Notes under the pieces: generated by a model
The model's input: only the letters and a program-made list of their open reading frames with translations
Databases searched by the model: none
Told to the model about the DNA's origin: nothing
Program-made: the position numbers and the translations under genes
Shown: positions 28,241 through 38,426 of the stretch, piece by piece
How the letters are laid out: each line of letters begins with the position of its first letter
Position numbering within the stretch: the stretch's first letter is position 1
Virus record (IMG/VR): IMGVR_UViG_3300042309_002885
Coordinates: 32,001 to 96,000 of that record
DNA length: 64,000 bases
Reading direction: 5' to 3' (one strand)
DNA from: a virus

Positions 28241-28919
28241 ATAAGTGTTTGTTGTATAAATGTGGTCTTGTTGAACAGTCTCCACCAATATGGTAACAAG
28301 CGGTGTCCAATAAGGTTACTGCAGTATAGTTGAATTGTCTTGTATGCTTAGAGCATTGCATTTCGTCTTTAAAATTAGCTATTCCCTGAGGAAACATTTT
28401 TTTATAATCTGATTTTCTGCGCAATCCGGGATTCCAGGAGTAGCCATTCCACTCACTATTTTGAAATTCTGGATCCATTATTTGATATTGTACATTATCT
28501 ACGGTATAGATTTCAGGCAAAGCTTTATGTGGCGTGTCGTATTGGTGTCTTACATGTACTTGATGTACATGAGGGCAATTTTGTAGAATTGTCAGTGATT
28601 GAGATATGTAAGGTATACTTTTGTCAAATAACCAATCTTCTTCAATATGAAAAATGTATTCGTTTTTTACACTATTAAAAAGAGTATCTAATGATCGTGA
28701 TAACCCTCTATTTTCTGTATTACATATTACTGTTACATCAGGATACTTATGTTGAATATATTTACATATATCTATAGATCCTGAATCGTTTATTATTATA
28801 AATTCATCTATAGCATATGTATTTGTCGAATAAAAACTGCTTATAGTTTCATCAAGTAGATGTAATCTATTATACGATGTTAGTGTGATAGATATAGGTA
28901 TTATATTATTTCCGTGCAT
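28233..28919 (-). CDS. GT-A (family 2-like) glycosyltransferase
   Basis: TLTSYNR, IIINDSG, NRGL, IFHIEEDW. Confidence 0.85.
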   Translation of the reverse strand: MHGNNIIPISITLTSYNRLHLLDETISSFYSTNTYAIDEFIIINDSGSIDICKYIQHKYPDVTVICNTENRGLSRSLDTLFNSVKNEYIFHIEEDWLFDKSIPYISQSLTILQNCPHVHQVHVRHQYDTPHKALPEIYTVDNVQYQIMDPEFQNSEWNGYSWNPGLRRKSDYKKMFPQGIANFKDEMQCSKHTRQFNYTAVTLLDTACYHIGGDCSTRPHLYNKHLYE

Positions 28920-29629
28920 TCCTGTAATAATTTACGAAATTCATTTAATTGATGTTCACGTGTAAAATTAAAATGTGTGCTACTTCCTATTGCAATATTT
29001 GAGCTTGACTGTCGGCAGCCAAACATAGAGTTTTTTTCAAACCTATAATCAAACGATATATTTTTATAGTGTAGCAACTTTAAGTTTTGATCTCTATATG
29101 GTTCAACTATATTATCGTTATAGTCGTAAAAATTACCACCATGACAACCTAACAATAGTTCACACCGTTTAATTTTTACCGGGCTAAATATGCACGGTTT
29201 AGAATAATTTATTTGTGAGACGCCTGTTTTAATTTCTGAGGTAATAATACCGCTTTTTGGAAAAGATACAGAAACCATATCGTAACCATACGGGAGGTAT
29301 AGAGGGTATGTTGTTTGTTCGATAAATTCTATAAGGTTAGGATGATATAATAACTCATCTACATCTACTGTAATCACATAATCGCTTTGATCACTCTTCC
29401 AGCATGTACTTTTTATATTTACAAGTTCTATATCGTCGAAACTGTTATCTGTATTAAAGGTAATGACCTCTGTTTCACACTTTGTATAATTCTTAACTAT
29501 ATTCACCGTGTTATCTGTTGAACAATTATCATACACAACAATTTTTTTCACGAATTGTGAATAATGATCTAGAAAAAATGGCATAATTTTTTCTTCATTA
29601 TATGCCACTGCGTATACGGTAATTTGCAT
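28901..29629 (-). CDS. GT-A (family 2-like) glycosyltransferase
   Basis: VAYNEEKIMPFFLDHY, VYDNCSTD, ITVDVDE, YSKP, LLHYK. Confidence 0.85.
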   Translation of the reverse strand: MQITVYAVAYNEEKIMPFFLDHYSQFVKKIVVYDNCSTDNTVNIVKNYTKCETEVITFNTDNSFDDIELVNIKSTCWKSDQSDYVITVDVDELLYHPNLIEFIEQTTYPLYLPYGYDMVSVSFPKSGIITSEIKTGVSQINYSKPCIFSPVKIKRCELLLGCHGGNFYDYNDNIVEPYRDQNLKLLHYKNISFDYRFEKNSMFGCRQSSSNIAIGSSTHFNFTREHQLNEFRKLLQECTEII

Positions 29630-29630
29630 A

Positions 29631-30299
29631 TTAATTATGAATATATAATACTTTGTTAATTTTAATAGCGTCTTTTTTTAATTGTTTGAGTAGAGGTATT
29701 AGCGAGTTAACAAGATCCCAATCTGCAGCAAAATTACGTGACTTTAAACCGACCTGTTTTATTAATTCTGTTTCAGCTGCAAAGCATCCAAAGTCTATCC
29801 AACTCGATTCGAGTCTTGATTCAATATGCCCGTTATAGTCACCTTCGCCTCGATCATGGTGTGTTATAAAGTCGCAAAAAATAAACCCTACTCTCGAAGA
29901 GCCGTTTGCAATAGACTCAAAATATTCGATAAATTTAGGTACATAGTAGTTATCATACCCTGTCATAATGGTATATTTGCAATTGGATGTGTATATACCA
30001 AACTCCCTCGGTGTATGTCCCCAGTCGTTATATCTCTCATCAAGCTCATAATATGAAATATTATTACACCCGCCATACTTATTAATTTGATTAGATATAT
30101 CAGGACACGGTCCATCTGATACTATTGTAAGATGAAAATTATCACTCGTCTGCGAGAGGAAAGAATTAATCATAACCTCAAGAGGCGGCCCTCCACCAAA
30201 CACAGGTATAACTATATTAAATAGTTTATTGTTGTTTGGAGCACAATTATTTTTTAAGACACCAGTCATAATTATAAAAATATTACCCCTATACCGCAA
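29631..30299 (-). CDS. GT-A (family 2-like) glycosyltransferase
   Basis: IVIPVF, IVSDG, NDWGHTPR..G, GYDNY, FAADW, LYIHN. Confidence 0.8.
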   Translation of the reverse strand: MRYRGNIFIIMTGVLKNNCAPNNNKLFNIVIPVFGGGPPLEVMINSFLSQTSDNFHLTIVSDGPCPDISNQINKYGGCNNISYYELDERYNDWGHTPREFGIYTSNCKYTIMTGYDNYYVPKFIEYFESIANGSSRVGFIFCDFITHHDRGEGDYNGHIESRLESSWIDFGCFAAETELIKQVGLKSRNFAADWDLVNSLIPLLKQLKKDAIKINKVLYIHN

Positions 30300-31579
30300 G
30301 CATATCCATTATTGGGTGATGCTCTGTAACTAAATTCTTTTACCTGTTTATGATTGTTTTTAATCTCTTGCCATAGTTGAGCTACACCTGTATCGGTATT
30401 AGCGATGTCATGCAGAATGATAATACCATTAGTGTTTATTATCTTCATAGCATTGTCATAATCCTCTTTAACACCATCATAACTATGATCTGCATCAATA
30501 AAGATGCAGTCATATTGATTTTTATTTTCATTAAAAAAGTCGTGAGTAGAAGCATTAAAGAATTTAATATCCTTTTCGTTAAACATTGCACTTAGTTTGT
30601 CAACTTTCGCCTGTATTTTTGTTTCAGTTTGTTTTATGTGTGTATTTCTATATGCGATATTATCAACACAATGAAGAGTTCTGGCTGTTTTTTGTAAGAA
30701 TATTGAGTTAACGAAGAAGCTTCCGCCATTACCTACACCCAGTTCTAGGTACGATGTAACATTACTCGTTCTTAGTATATCGAGTAGTTCAGAGTATTCT
30801 TCTGGTATCTGCTGTAATTGTAAATTACCGGGTGTATTACATAAAAAATAATCGGGTTGCTGACTACCGGCTTTATTACGTATCCAATCTTTTAAATCAT
30901 CTTTACTTAAGTTAAGTAAATCATCACGATAGTGTGCCTGTATTAATTTGCGTATTTCCTCAATATGCTGTGGTGTATGTTTTCCGTGAAAAGCAAATGT
31001 ATCACCTACTTGCAACTGTATATCATCACATGGCTGCTCTACAGAAAATGTTGCTGCTATCTCTAATGGTGCAAACTTATACCCCTTTTCAATAAGATGT
31101 GGGTATAAGTTAGAGCATATTAGTGTATCTTCATGACCTCTTAAATTAGGTATAGTTTTTATATACTCCATTATTCGCTTACTACGTATCGATACACCAC
31201 CGTTACCGACTCTGTTGTTGTTATATAAAAAATGTGCATCTCGGCGCCATGGAGCTCCTATGAAATCATATTTAAGATAATCATCCTTCCATAAATCAGG
31301 CCGTACTACAAAACCGTCATAGTGTATAGAGAAACAGAAATCTGTAGTTATGTACTCTACGAGCTTGTATAACATGAACTCACTATATTCATCTAGACTA
31401 CCTATTCTATCAATTTGTATAAATTTAAATTTACTGTTAAAGTTTTTCGGCTTAACATCTGAAAATAATATAATTTCGTAGAAGGTAAGTTGCTCGCTTG
31501 TCTTTTCCAGAGCTTTGATGGCGAGCTCTGGTTGTATACAATCTACTGCAAATAATGTACAATTGTTTATATGATTCAT
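30272..31579 (-). CDS. DUF5672 (GT-A-like) domain fused to a class I SAM methyltransferase (Methyltransf_24-like)
   Basis: IHYDGFV....W...Y..YDFIGAPW, VGNGG.SIRS, ED, FAFHG; then YLELGV..GGS, DCIFIDADHSYDGV..D, ILHDI. Confidence 0.8.
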   Translation of the reverse strand: MNHINNCTLFAVDCIQPELAIKALEKTSEQLTFYEIILFSDVKPKNFNSKFKFIQIDRIGSLDEYSEFMLYKLVEYITTDFCFSIHYDGFVVRPDLWKDDYLKYDFIGAPWRRDAHFLYNNNRVGNGGVSIRSKRIMEYIKTIPNLRGHEDTLICSNLYPHLIEKGYKFAPLEIAATFSVEQPCDDIQLQVGDTFAFHGKHTPQHIEEIRKLIQAHYRDDLLNLSKDDLKDWIRNKAGSQQPDYFLCNTPGNLQLQQIPEEYSELLDILRTSNVTSYLELGVGNGGSFFVNSIFLQKTARTLHCVDNIAYRNTHIKQTETKIQAKVDKLSAMFNEKDIKFFNASTHDFFNENKNQYDCIFIDADHSYDGVKEDYDNAMKIINTNGIIILHDIANTDTGVAQLWQEIKNNHKQVKEFSYRASPNNGYACGIGVIFL

Positions 31580-31587
31580 GAAGTGTA

Positions 31588-32394
31588 CTAATTATATAGT
31601 ATATGTTGATCGATTTCAACATATTTTATCGCAGGATTTATCATTAGAACGGAATTAGATACATTAGAAATAGTTTTTATTAAAAAATCCGACCGTGACA
31701 TTAAGTACGTCTCAATAACTACATCTTCTCCCATTTTGTATGGGTTAGATAGCCCAATAGACTGATGAACACCAATGTTATTTTTTTCCTTAGACCGTAT
31801 ACTATCGTATGTTATTAGTTTTTGTTTATATCTTTCAGAAAAGATATCTACAGTGTACTCTTCATCAGTGCACAATAAAAGTTTATCATAATTTTCTATA
31901 TGTTTATCAATATGACTAAAATACACATCGATTGGTAACAGAGGCGCATCGTTTATATGATCTGTACCACGCTTGTGAACAGCTAATACACGATCACCTG
32001 GCATAATGTTAGCTGCAATAAACGTATCAATTTTAACTTGTACATGATTTTTAAGTTTAATGTATTTGCTAATAATTTCACCGCATTTTTTTATTATTTC
32101 AGGTGTTAGTCTTGATGGTATATTTAGATTACCCTCAAACCAAACATTTTTTATTTTTTCGGCTCCCTCTACTTCTTCTTTTGTAAAATTAAACGGTTGC
32201 TCGAAGTAATAATCCCATACATTTCTTCCATGCCGTAAATCTTGATACCTCATGTGTTCGTCGAGTTTTATATAAAGTTTATTGTTTGTGTTAGATAGAA
32301 CATGTAGATTAGAAACTACCTGTGTAAAATAGCTCATTAGACCTGCATATCTGGTACCGGGTGTTGTTATATATATTCGTTTGACTAGTTCCAT
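31588..32394 (-). CDS. NodZ/GT23-like (alpha-1,6-fucosyltransferase-type) glycosyltransferase
   Basis: YAGLMS.F, LAVHKRGTD, LLLCTDE, VIETYLMSRSDFLI...SNVS. Confidence 0.75.
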   Translation of the reverse strand: MELVKRIYITTPGTRYAGLMSYFTQVVSNLHVLSNTNNKLYIKLDEHMRYQDLRHGRNVWDYYFEQPFNFTKEEVEGAEKIKNVWFEGNLNIPSRLTPEIIKKCGEIISKYIKLKNHVQVKIDTFIAANIMPGDRVLAVHKRGTDHINDAPLLPIDVYFSHIDKHIENYDKLLLCTDEEYTVDIFSERYKQKLITYDSIRSKEKNNIGVHQSIGLSNPYKMGEDVVIETYLMSRSDFLIKTISNVSNSVLMINPAIKYVEIDQHILYN

Positions 32395-33053
32395 TTGTTA
32401 TTAAAGATAATTTCTTGACCTGTTGTCTTTTCTGTTAATTTATCTCCTAGTAGATCTTTACTCTGTTCAACGAGATGAAGTACAGTAGTATCACCAACAA
32501 GAGCGTGTTTTAAATTATGTTGTTTTAGTAGGTTGGCATAATCGTCATCTGCATACCAGAAAGAAAAGCGCTCGTCAAATTGACCGCCTATAGCGGCAAT
32601 AGTTTTTTTTGTAGTACAAAAACACCACCCTGTAACGTACTGTCTTGTGATATAACCTTCATATATACCCCTCTCTTTAAAGTATCTCGGCGAATAATGC
32701 TTCTCCCACGGACTGACTGAGTCGTATTTTTGTAGATACTTTACCAGAGTGCTTAATGTATCATCTTGATATACGACATCATTGTTTGAAAAACAAATAT
32801 AATCACTTTCTACAAAGTTAAGACCGTAATTTTGAAATTTATTGTAATTAAATGACTCGTCATCAGGCACATAAAATACATCCACAGGAAGCTTAAGATC
32901 TTCTTTCTTGTTTTTAAGTTTTTTATTAGATTCAATTAGTATTATACGTGGAATTATATTTTTACTCTCCTTGAGACTTGTAATACATGCCTTTAGTGTG
33001 GAATATAATTGTACGTTCGCAGTATTGGATAATATTATTATATCAATATTCAT
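32385..33053 (-). CDS. GT-A (family 2-like) glycosyltransferase
   Basis: FNYNKFQNYG, ICFSNNDV, GGQFDERFSFWYADDD. Confidence 0.85.
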   Translation of the reverse strand: MNIDIIILSNTANVQLYSTLKACITSLKESKNIIPRIILIESNKKLKNKKEDLKLPVDVFYVPDDESFNYNKFQNYGLNFVESDYICFSNNDVVYQDDTLSTLVKYLQKYDSVSPWEKHYSPRYFKERGIYEGYITRQYVTGWCFCTTKKTIAAIGGQFDERFSFWYADDDYANLLKQHNLKHALVGDTTVLHLVEQSKDLLGDKLTEKTTGQEIIFNNKWN

Positions 33054-33850
33054 GTAAATAAAAAGTTATAGTTATTGAAAATGTAACTCTCCGGTTCCTT
33101 ATATTTTAGTGCAATATTATAGTTTTCGTGTATTGCGCTTTTTTTCTCATCGTACAGTTCAGGTGTAATTTGTTTGAGTATTGATCTGAGCTCACTTGCT
33201 GTTTCAAAAAAAATAATACCATCACTATTAAAGAAGCTGCATATATCTCGCGTTCCCCAATAAAGTGGGATGGTTTTTGTTACAAAGCAATCAAGTATTT
33301 TTTCTGTCCAGTAGCTATTTTGTATAGAGTTCTCAATAGCTATAGAATAATAATAATTATCTAGAGCTTCATTTTTTGTTTGTATAAATTTGTATTGTGG
33401 GTGCTTACCATAAACATCAATATTTTGTGTTGTGTTAATAATATGATGTCTAAGTTTATGACCCACTGTTTCATTTTTAAACGATGCAATTATGGATACG
33501 TGTTTCGTTTTTTTGTAACTTTTTCTATCTTCCACCCAATATGTCCCATACGGCGCATATAGACCATTATTAATTTTAGATAACAACTTACGATCAAAAG
33601 TCAATACATAATTAAATAGCTTATAGTTAGTTTCAATATATTCGTAAGTAAGAGGCGATATAGCTCTTGGTTCGAGTAACCACGCTACTTTTTTTTGTAT
33701 TGTATTATTTTCTGCAGCTTTTTGCAGGCAGCCATCTGTATAAAATGCATACTCGCTTACAACATTTGAACCTGTATACCACTTAAATTCTTTAGGGCTG
33801 ACAGTGAGATCTCGTCCCTCGAAATTTTTATCAAAGAGATTTATTTCCAT
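33050..33850 (-). CDS. GT10-like (alpha-1,3-fucosyltransferase-type) glycosyltransferase
   Basis: WLLEP, IDVYG, YYYSIAIENS..NSYWTEKILDCF...IPLYWG. Confidence 0.85.
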   Translation of the reverse strand: MEINLFDKNFEGRDLTVSPKEFKWYTGSNVVSEYAFYTDGCLQKAAENNTIQKKVAWLLEPRAISPLTYEYIETNYKLFNYVLTFDRKLLSKINNGLYAPYGTYWVEDRKSYKKTKHVSIIASFKNETVGHKLRHHIINTTQNIDVYGKHPQYKFIQTKNEALDNYYYSIAIENSIQNSYWTEKILDCFVTKTIPLYWGTRDICSFFNSDGIIFFETASELRSILKQITPELYDEKKSAIHENYNIALKYKEPESYIFNNYNFLFT

Positions 33851-34650
33851 GAATTAATATAATTTGTGAGTTCACTTTCACTGAAGGACAGTATTTTTAA
33901 ATACTCTGCTTCATTGCTCTTATAAAAAGAATGATTTTTGACTTCATTTTTTTCAACGTCAATATGTGGGAGATGAAAGAGATACGGTTTATCTGTATTG
34001 GTATAAAAAACTGGAATTCCTAATTTATGCATACGTACAATAATCTCATTATCTTCATAGCCCCATCCCGTGAAGTTTGGGTTAAAGCCACCAACACTAG
34101 TGAAGGTATTATTACGTCCTATAACCACACCGCCGACGGCCTTCGTATTGCCTATATGGTAGTTATCGTTAGTAAATTCATTATATATGTTTGACCTATC
34201 TACGAGTGTATCGAAATGTTCGTATAAGTTTATTAGTTGGGCATTTTTTATCTGCTCTTTTGCGAGATAACTCAAATATATTGATATTCCATTATAACCT
34301 ATACTTACACAGTCACTCTTTAATACTGTTTCAAGAGCCTTATATAGATTCTGCTTGCTTATGATGCAATCTATATCGAGAAAGCAAACAATCTCCGTTG
34401 TTGCGTGCGTTAGGCCTATATTATACGATTTACATTTATTATAGTTTTGATTATTATTAGTGTGTATATATTGTATATTGTTATGATCTGCAAGGTATTC
34501 AAATTCTTTTTTCGTATCATCTTCTACGACTATGAATTTAGAGTTAGGGGCTATTGTTTTATAGTACGGTATAACAATATTAGCGTTTTTCTTTCGCTCC
34601 TCTGTATCCTTCCGTATGTGTATAATAAATGTTAAGTTATCTGTATTCAT
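33841..34650 (-). CDS. GT7-like (galactosyltransferase-type) glycosyltransferase
   Basis: YNKCKSYNIG, FLDIDC, VGGFNPNFTGWGYEDNE. Confidence 0.85.
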   Translation of the reverse strand: MNTDNLTFIIHIRKDTEERKKNANIVIPYYKTIAPNSKFIVVEDDTKKEFEYLADHNNIQYIHTNNNQNYNKCKSYNIGLTHATTEIVCFLDIDCIISKQNLYKALETVLKSDCVSIGYNGISIYLSYLAKEQIKNAQLINLYEHFDTLVDRSNIYNEFTNDNYHIGNTKAVGGVVIGRNNTFTSVGGFNPNFTGWGYEDNEIIVRMHKLGIPVFYTNTDKPYLFHLPHIDVEKNEVKNHSFYKSNEAEYLKILSFSESELTNYINSWK

Positions 34651-35390
34651 ATATACATATTTTTAATATTATAACCTTCATACTTGCTAGCAATGCTTTC
34701 AAAAATTGTATATTTGCTATTGAATAATTCTACATATTGATAATTGTCGTGAGTACCGCCGAAATCTATACCCGTATCGCCATTAGCATTGCTGTATTTG
34801 TTTTTATACCAGCTCATACCTTCAAGATGATAATAGTAGTTGGTACTTAGATCTATATCGCCAATTTTTAACTTATTGCTTTTAATGTCTTCAAGAAAGG
34901 TGGATCCTATGTCATAGATCTTGCTTGTCTTAAAGCTCTCTCGCATACGACCTTCATCAAAGAAGATAATATTTTTTTCTTTAATATGATCTACGTTGAT
35001 AAAACAATGCCATGGATTAACACGATTGTGTATCAATTTACCGCCTCTATCTCCCTCTACTTTGCCCATTAGAGTGAGGTCCATTTCCTTAAATTTTTGA
35101 AAAATACTTGTATGATTTTTTAAAAAAATTATATCCGTATCTACTAGAAGGGCATATTTTGTAGTACATTTTTCTATTAACTTGTTTACACCGCAACCGT
35201 GTGTACCACCAGGGTCGGTAAAATAAGGTATATTGTGTTCGTTTAATAATTTAGAAGTCTCTTCATTAGTAGAATTATCACATATAATAGCTTTCTGTAC
35301 ATTGCTGTGTGTTGACACCCACGATCTAAGCATAGTTAGCGTTATGGTTGGTGTGTTGAATGAGCAGGAGATTAATGTTAGATCGTCCAT
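34647..35390 (-). CDS. GT-A (family 2-like) glycosyltransferase
   Basis: SCSFNTP, ICDNS, HGCG, LLVDTDI, YDIGS. Confidence 0.75.
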   Translation of the reverse strand: MDDLTLISCSFNTPTITLTMLRSWVSTHSNVQKAIICDNSTNEETSKLLNEHNIPYFTDPGGTHGCGVNKLIEKCTTKYALLVDTDIIFLKNHTSIFQKFKEMDLTLMGKVEGDRGGKLIHNRVNPWHCFINVDHIKEKNIIFFDEGRMRESFKTSKIYDIGSTFLEDIKSNKLKIGDIDLSTNYYYHLEGMSWYKNKYSNANGDTGIDFGGTHDNYQYVELFNSKYTIFESIASKYEGYNIKNMYI

Positions 35391-36214
35391 TTTGATTTTA
35401 TATACTTTAGTGCCTCGATGACTTCTACCTTAGTAGATAAAGGACACATATTCGGGTAGAAGCCATGCTTTGTTTTATAAGTCTCGCGGCCTCTATGAAT
35501 ATTAGCGAACCACTCTTCCTTGTTTTCAGCTGTTACACTTTTATTAATTGAGTCTTCTTGTACAGTTAGAAATTTATAACTATCTGTTATATCTGCAAAC
35601 CACCAAAATGGTGGATGTGCGCGATGGTTAATAATACGTAGTGTATGATCTACATGCTCCCATGCATTATAAAACGCCTCATCATGTAAACCTACTTCAT
35701 TTAAGATAGTTGATGTGAAAAAACTTAGTACACCTGCGCAGTGTTCATATAGATCTATAGATACACTATCATTATATTCTACAGTTATTTTCGGCGCTGG
35801 TTGCGAAAAAGTATCGAGTTCGTTTCTGTTGTATAAATCAAAATGTGTATTTTGCTTGCGATTAAAAGGCGTACCTGGCCCGTAATTAAAATGTTGTATA
35901 CCTGTTACTTTTGATGCTTCAATATATCTATGAAATATATCTGTATCAATTATTTGTAGATCATCCTCTAGTATAAAAATATAATCACTCTTACCCTCAA
36001 GGAGATATTGCATAGCCTTGTTCTTAGATTTTCCTACACCAATATTTTTACCATTGTTAATAACATGTACACCGGTGATGTGTAAGTCTGTCTCAGAATC
36101 ATTTATAACTACTAAATCACTTATATAATTGCAGGAAGTAAGGCTATTTATTAAAGAATTAATAAAATTTAACCTATTACGTGTAACAATACCTATTCCT
36201 ACCCTCTCTAACAT
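35378..36214 (-). CDS. GT-A (family 2-like) glycosyltransferase
   Basis: IVTRNR, VINDS, NIGVGKSKN, FILEDD, VGLHDE.F..AWEHVD. Confidence 0.85.
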   Translation of the reverse strand: MLERVGIGIVTRNRLNFINSLINSLTSCNYISDLVVINDSETDLHITGVHVINNGKNIGVGKSKNKAMQYLLEGKSDYIFILEDDLQIIDTDIFHRYIEASKVTGIQHFNYGPGTPFNRKQNTHFDLYNRNELDTFSQPAPKITVEYNDSVSIDLYEHCAGVLSFFTSTILNEVGLHDEAFYNAWEHVDHTLRIINHRAHPPFWWFADITDSYKFLTVQEDSINKSVTAENKEEWFANIHRGRETYKTKHGFYPNMCPLSTKVEVIEALKYIKSKWTI

Positions 36215-36251
36215 ACCATAAATTTATTTACAATACTATAAAAAAAATCAA

Positions 36252-36983
36252 CTATATCAGTCCGAATTTTTTGTATAACTCCTTTTCATGCTCCTCTTGT
36301 TCGAGAGCAGCTTTTTGTTGTTTAACGAGAGCTTCAAGCTCGTCGAGTTTTTCTGGATTAAATAAAGAATGCTCATCACCATACAGTTCGCCATCTTCAT
36401 TAATGTACTCGGATATTATATCTATACGTCTTTGTGGATTACCGGGTAGTTTTATTACACCTGGCGAATCATCTTTAGGGAAGAAGACATCAGCATCGTA
36501 ATTTTGCTCGTATTGTGCAAAGAGAGCTTTAAATATATTATCTATTTCCTTTATATACTCTACATTAGTGTCTCTTAAAGTATCTTCTTGTATCTTTATT
36601 GAACTATCATATTCAAGTAAGAATATGATATCTAAATGTCTCATTGATTCTTTGGTTAAAGTGATACATTTATCAACATATTTCTTATCGAATCCATCGA
36701 TACCTTTTTCATGCGCCCATAATGTATATACTAGATTGTCAAGTGGGCATCTATCAAAAACTACTTTAGATTTTTTATCATATGATTGAAGTTGATCAAT
36801 CATAAAATTAAGTATATCCCACTGTGTACTAGTTGTAGTTGAAGAAGAGTGTGGTAAACTTTTTTCTATAATAATATCTCGGTAGGTCTTTTCAGGTGTG
36901 GTGTATTTTGACCATACCGTTAAAAAGTTTTTTATAAGTGTCGTCTTACCGGTGTTTGCTGTACCTGAAAAAGCTATGCGCAT
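36252..36983 (-). CDS. second P-loop nucleotide kinase-like protein (AAA_28 type)
   Basis: GTANTGKTT, VFDRCPLDNLVYT, LDIIF, D.LRD. Confidence 0.75.
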   Translation of the reverse strand: MRIAFSGTANTGKTTLIKNFLTVWSKYTTPEKTYRDIIIEKSLPHSSSTTTSTQWDILNFMIDQLQSYDKKSKVVFDRCPLDNLVYTLWAHEKGIDGFDKKYVDKCITLTKESMRHLDIIFLLEYDSSIKIQEDTLRDTNVEYIKEIDNIFKALFAQYEQNYDADVFFPKDDSPGVIKLPGNPQRRIDIISEYINEDGELYGDEHSLFNPEKLDELEALVKQQKAALEQEEHEKELYKKFGLI

Positions 36984-37001
36984 AATATTATATATTATGG
37001 G

Positions 37002-37604
37002 TTAGCAATTTTTCAAGAAAGAAGACCACTCATCTTTGTATATATCAAAAGTAAGTCCGTTATTTGGCTTATACGGTCTATATCTTAATTTAAGACCTAC
37101 TTCGCTTAAATATTTGTTACTTTTCTTTGAATTTAAAAGTCTGTCACATGTGACTAAATTTTCCCAGGTATCTTTACCCCCCTTACTTTTCGGTACAACA
37201 TGATCAACACTAAGTTGCTCTTTGGTTAATTTTTTACCTGTATACACGCATGTGTAATTATCTCTCTTATATATATTATGCTTAGTAGGAAATTGTACAC
37301 GATTAAAAATAACTCTATCGAAGTTAGTGCAGATTACTACCTGAGGGATTCTTACAGGTCCTCTAGCAGTATGTAAGTAATCATCATAAGGTCTTATTGG
37401 TAAAGATAGCCAATCCTTAACCCTAGGAACTGTAGTAAAGTATTCTACATTCTCTAAGTTTACACTAGCATCATCTCCCTCTTCGTAAGTTATATCTAAA
37501 GGTATTACTGCACCGGAAAATATATTTCCGAATGTCTTCTGCACTCCCTCAACAGCAACAGGAAAATAATACTTATTAAGTACTAAGGTCTTGTATGTTT
37601 TCAT
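37002..37604 (-). CDS. HNH endonuclease (McrA-like)
   Basis: RDNYTCVYTG, SVDHVVPKSKGG..TWENLVTC...NSKK. Confidence 0.9.
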   Translation of the reverse strand: MKTYKTLVLNKYYFPVAVEGVQKTFGNIFSGAVIPLDITYEEGDDASVNLENVEYFTTVPRVKDWLSLPIRPYDDYLHTARGPVRIPQVVICTNFDRVIFNRVQFPTKHNIYKRDNYTCVYTGKKLTKEQLSVDHVVPKSKGGKDTWENLVTCDRLLNSKKSNKYLSEVGLKLRYRPYKPNNGLTFDIYKDEWSSFLKNC

Positions 37605-38365
37605 CAGACTTTAAGTGCCATATTCCAGAGAAGAAGATGAAGTCTCGGACTGAAGTTAACATGCATTGCTTTAGCGTATTCTGCAACAGCTGGAGCTTTC
37701 TCAATATGCTCTTCGCGTGACCCGCAACATGGCATAAACCATACACGACTAAGCGGTACGTTAATATTTTCCTTATCGTTTACATATTTACGCCAGATTT
37801 CTTCAATGTCTTCTGATCTGCTAATTACAAATTTGAATCCAGAGTTATGATCTTTATGCCATTTCAGTACTTCTGGCTTATAGGTCTTTTCCTCTGGATC
37901 GCCGTTAGTGGTAAGTTTAGGTGAGGTAGTAAAAGTAGCATTAAATTCTGTAACCCATCGCTCATCGGGCATTAATGTAGCATTGGTTTCGAAGTCAATA
38001 CGAGGTATAAAATTATATCGATCTCTAAACGCCTCAACAAATTTAAGCAATTGTTTCTGCTGAATCATAGGCTCACCACCAGTTAGCTTCCAAATAGCAC
38101 CCTCACGCAAGTGAGTGACGTGATTACCGGTCGCCATGAGTTCGAAGATTTCATTAAATGACTTCTTATTCTTTACTGACCAAGAAATAAACGAATCACA
38201 ACCATTAGGAGAATCTTTTGACGCAAACCCGGAGCAACTCAAATTACACATGGACATCCTCATAAAAACAGATGGTTGACCAATATATTCTCCTTCACCT
38301 TCTAGTGTGTAAAAGATAAGATCATCACTCAAAAAGATAGTCTCTGTATCACAATCTACGCTCAT
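37604..38365 (-). CDS. queE: 7-carboxy-7-deazaguanine synthase (radical SAM)
   Basis: FYTLEGEG..IG.PSVFMR...CNLSC-x11-CDS, LTGGEP, ETN, SPK, FSPRLH. Confidence 0.9.
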   Translation of the reverse strand: MSVDCDTETIFLSDDLIFYTLEGEGEYIGQPSVFMRMSMCNLSCSGFASKDSPNGCDSFISWSVKNKKSFNEIFELMATGNHVTHLREGAIWKLTGGEPMIQQKQLLKFVEAFRDRYNFIPRIDFETNATLMPDERWVTEFNATFTTSPKLTTNGDPEEKTYKPEVLKWHKDHNSGFKFVISRSEDIEEIWRKYVNDKENINVPLSRVWFMPCCGSREEHIEKAPAVAEYAKAMHVNFSPRLHLLLWNMALKV

Positions 38366-38426
38366 ATATAATATATTATGATATAGTTCCCGACAGAATC
38401 AAGTGTTTTTGAATAAATACTAATGC

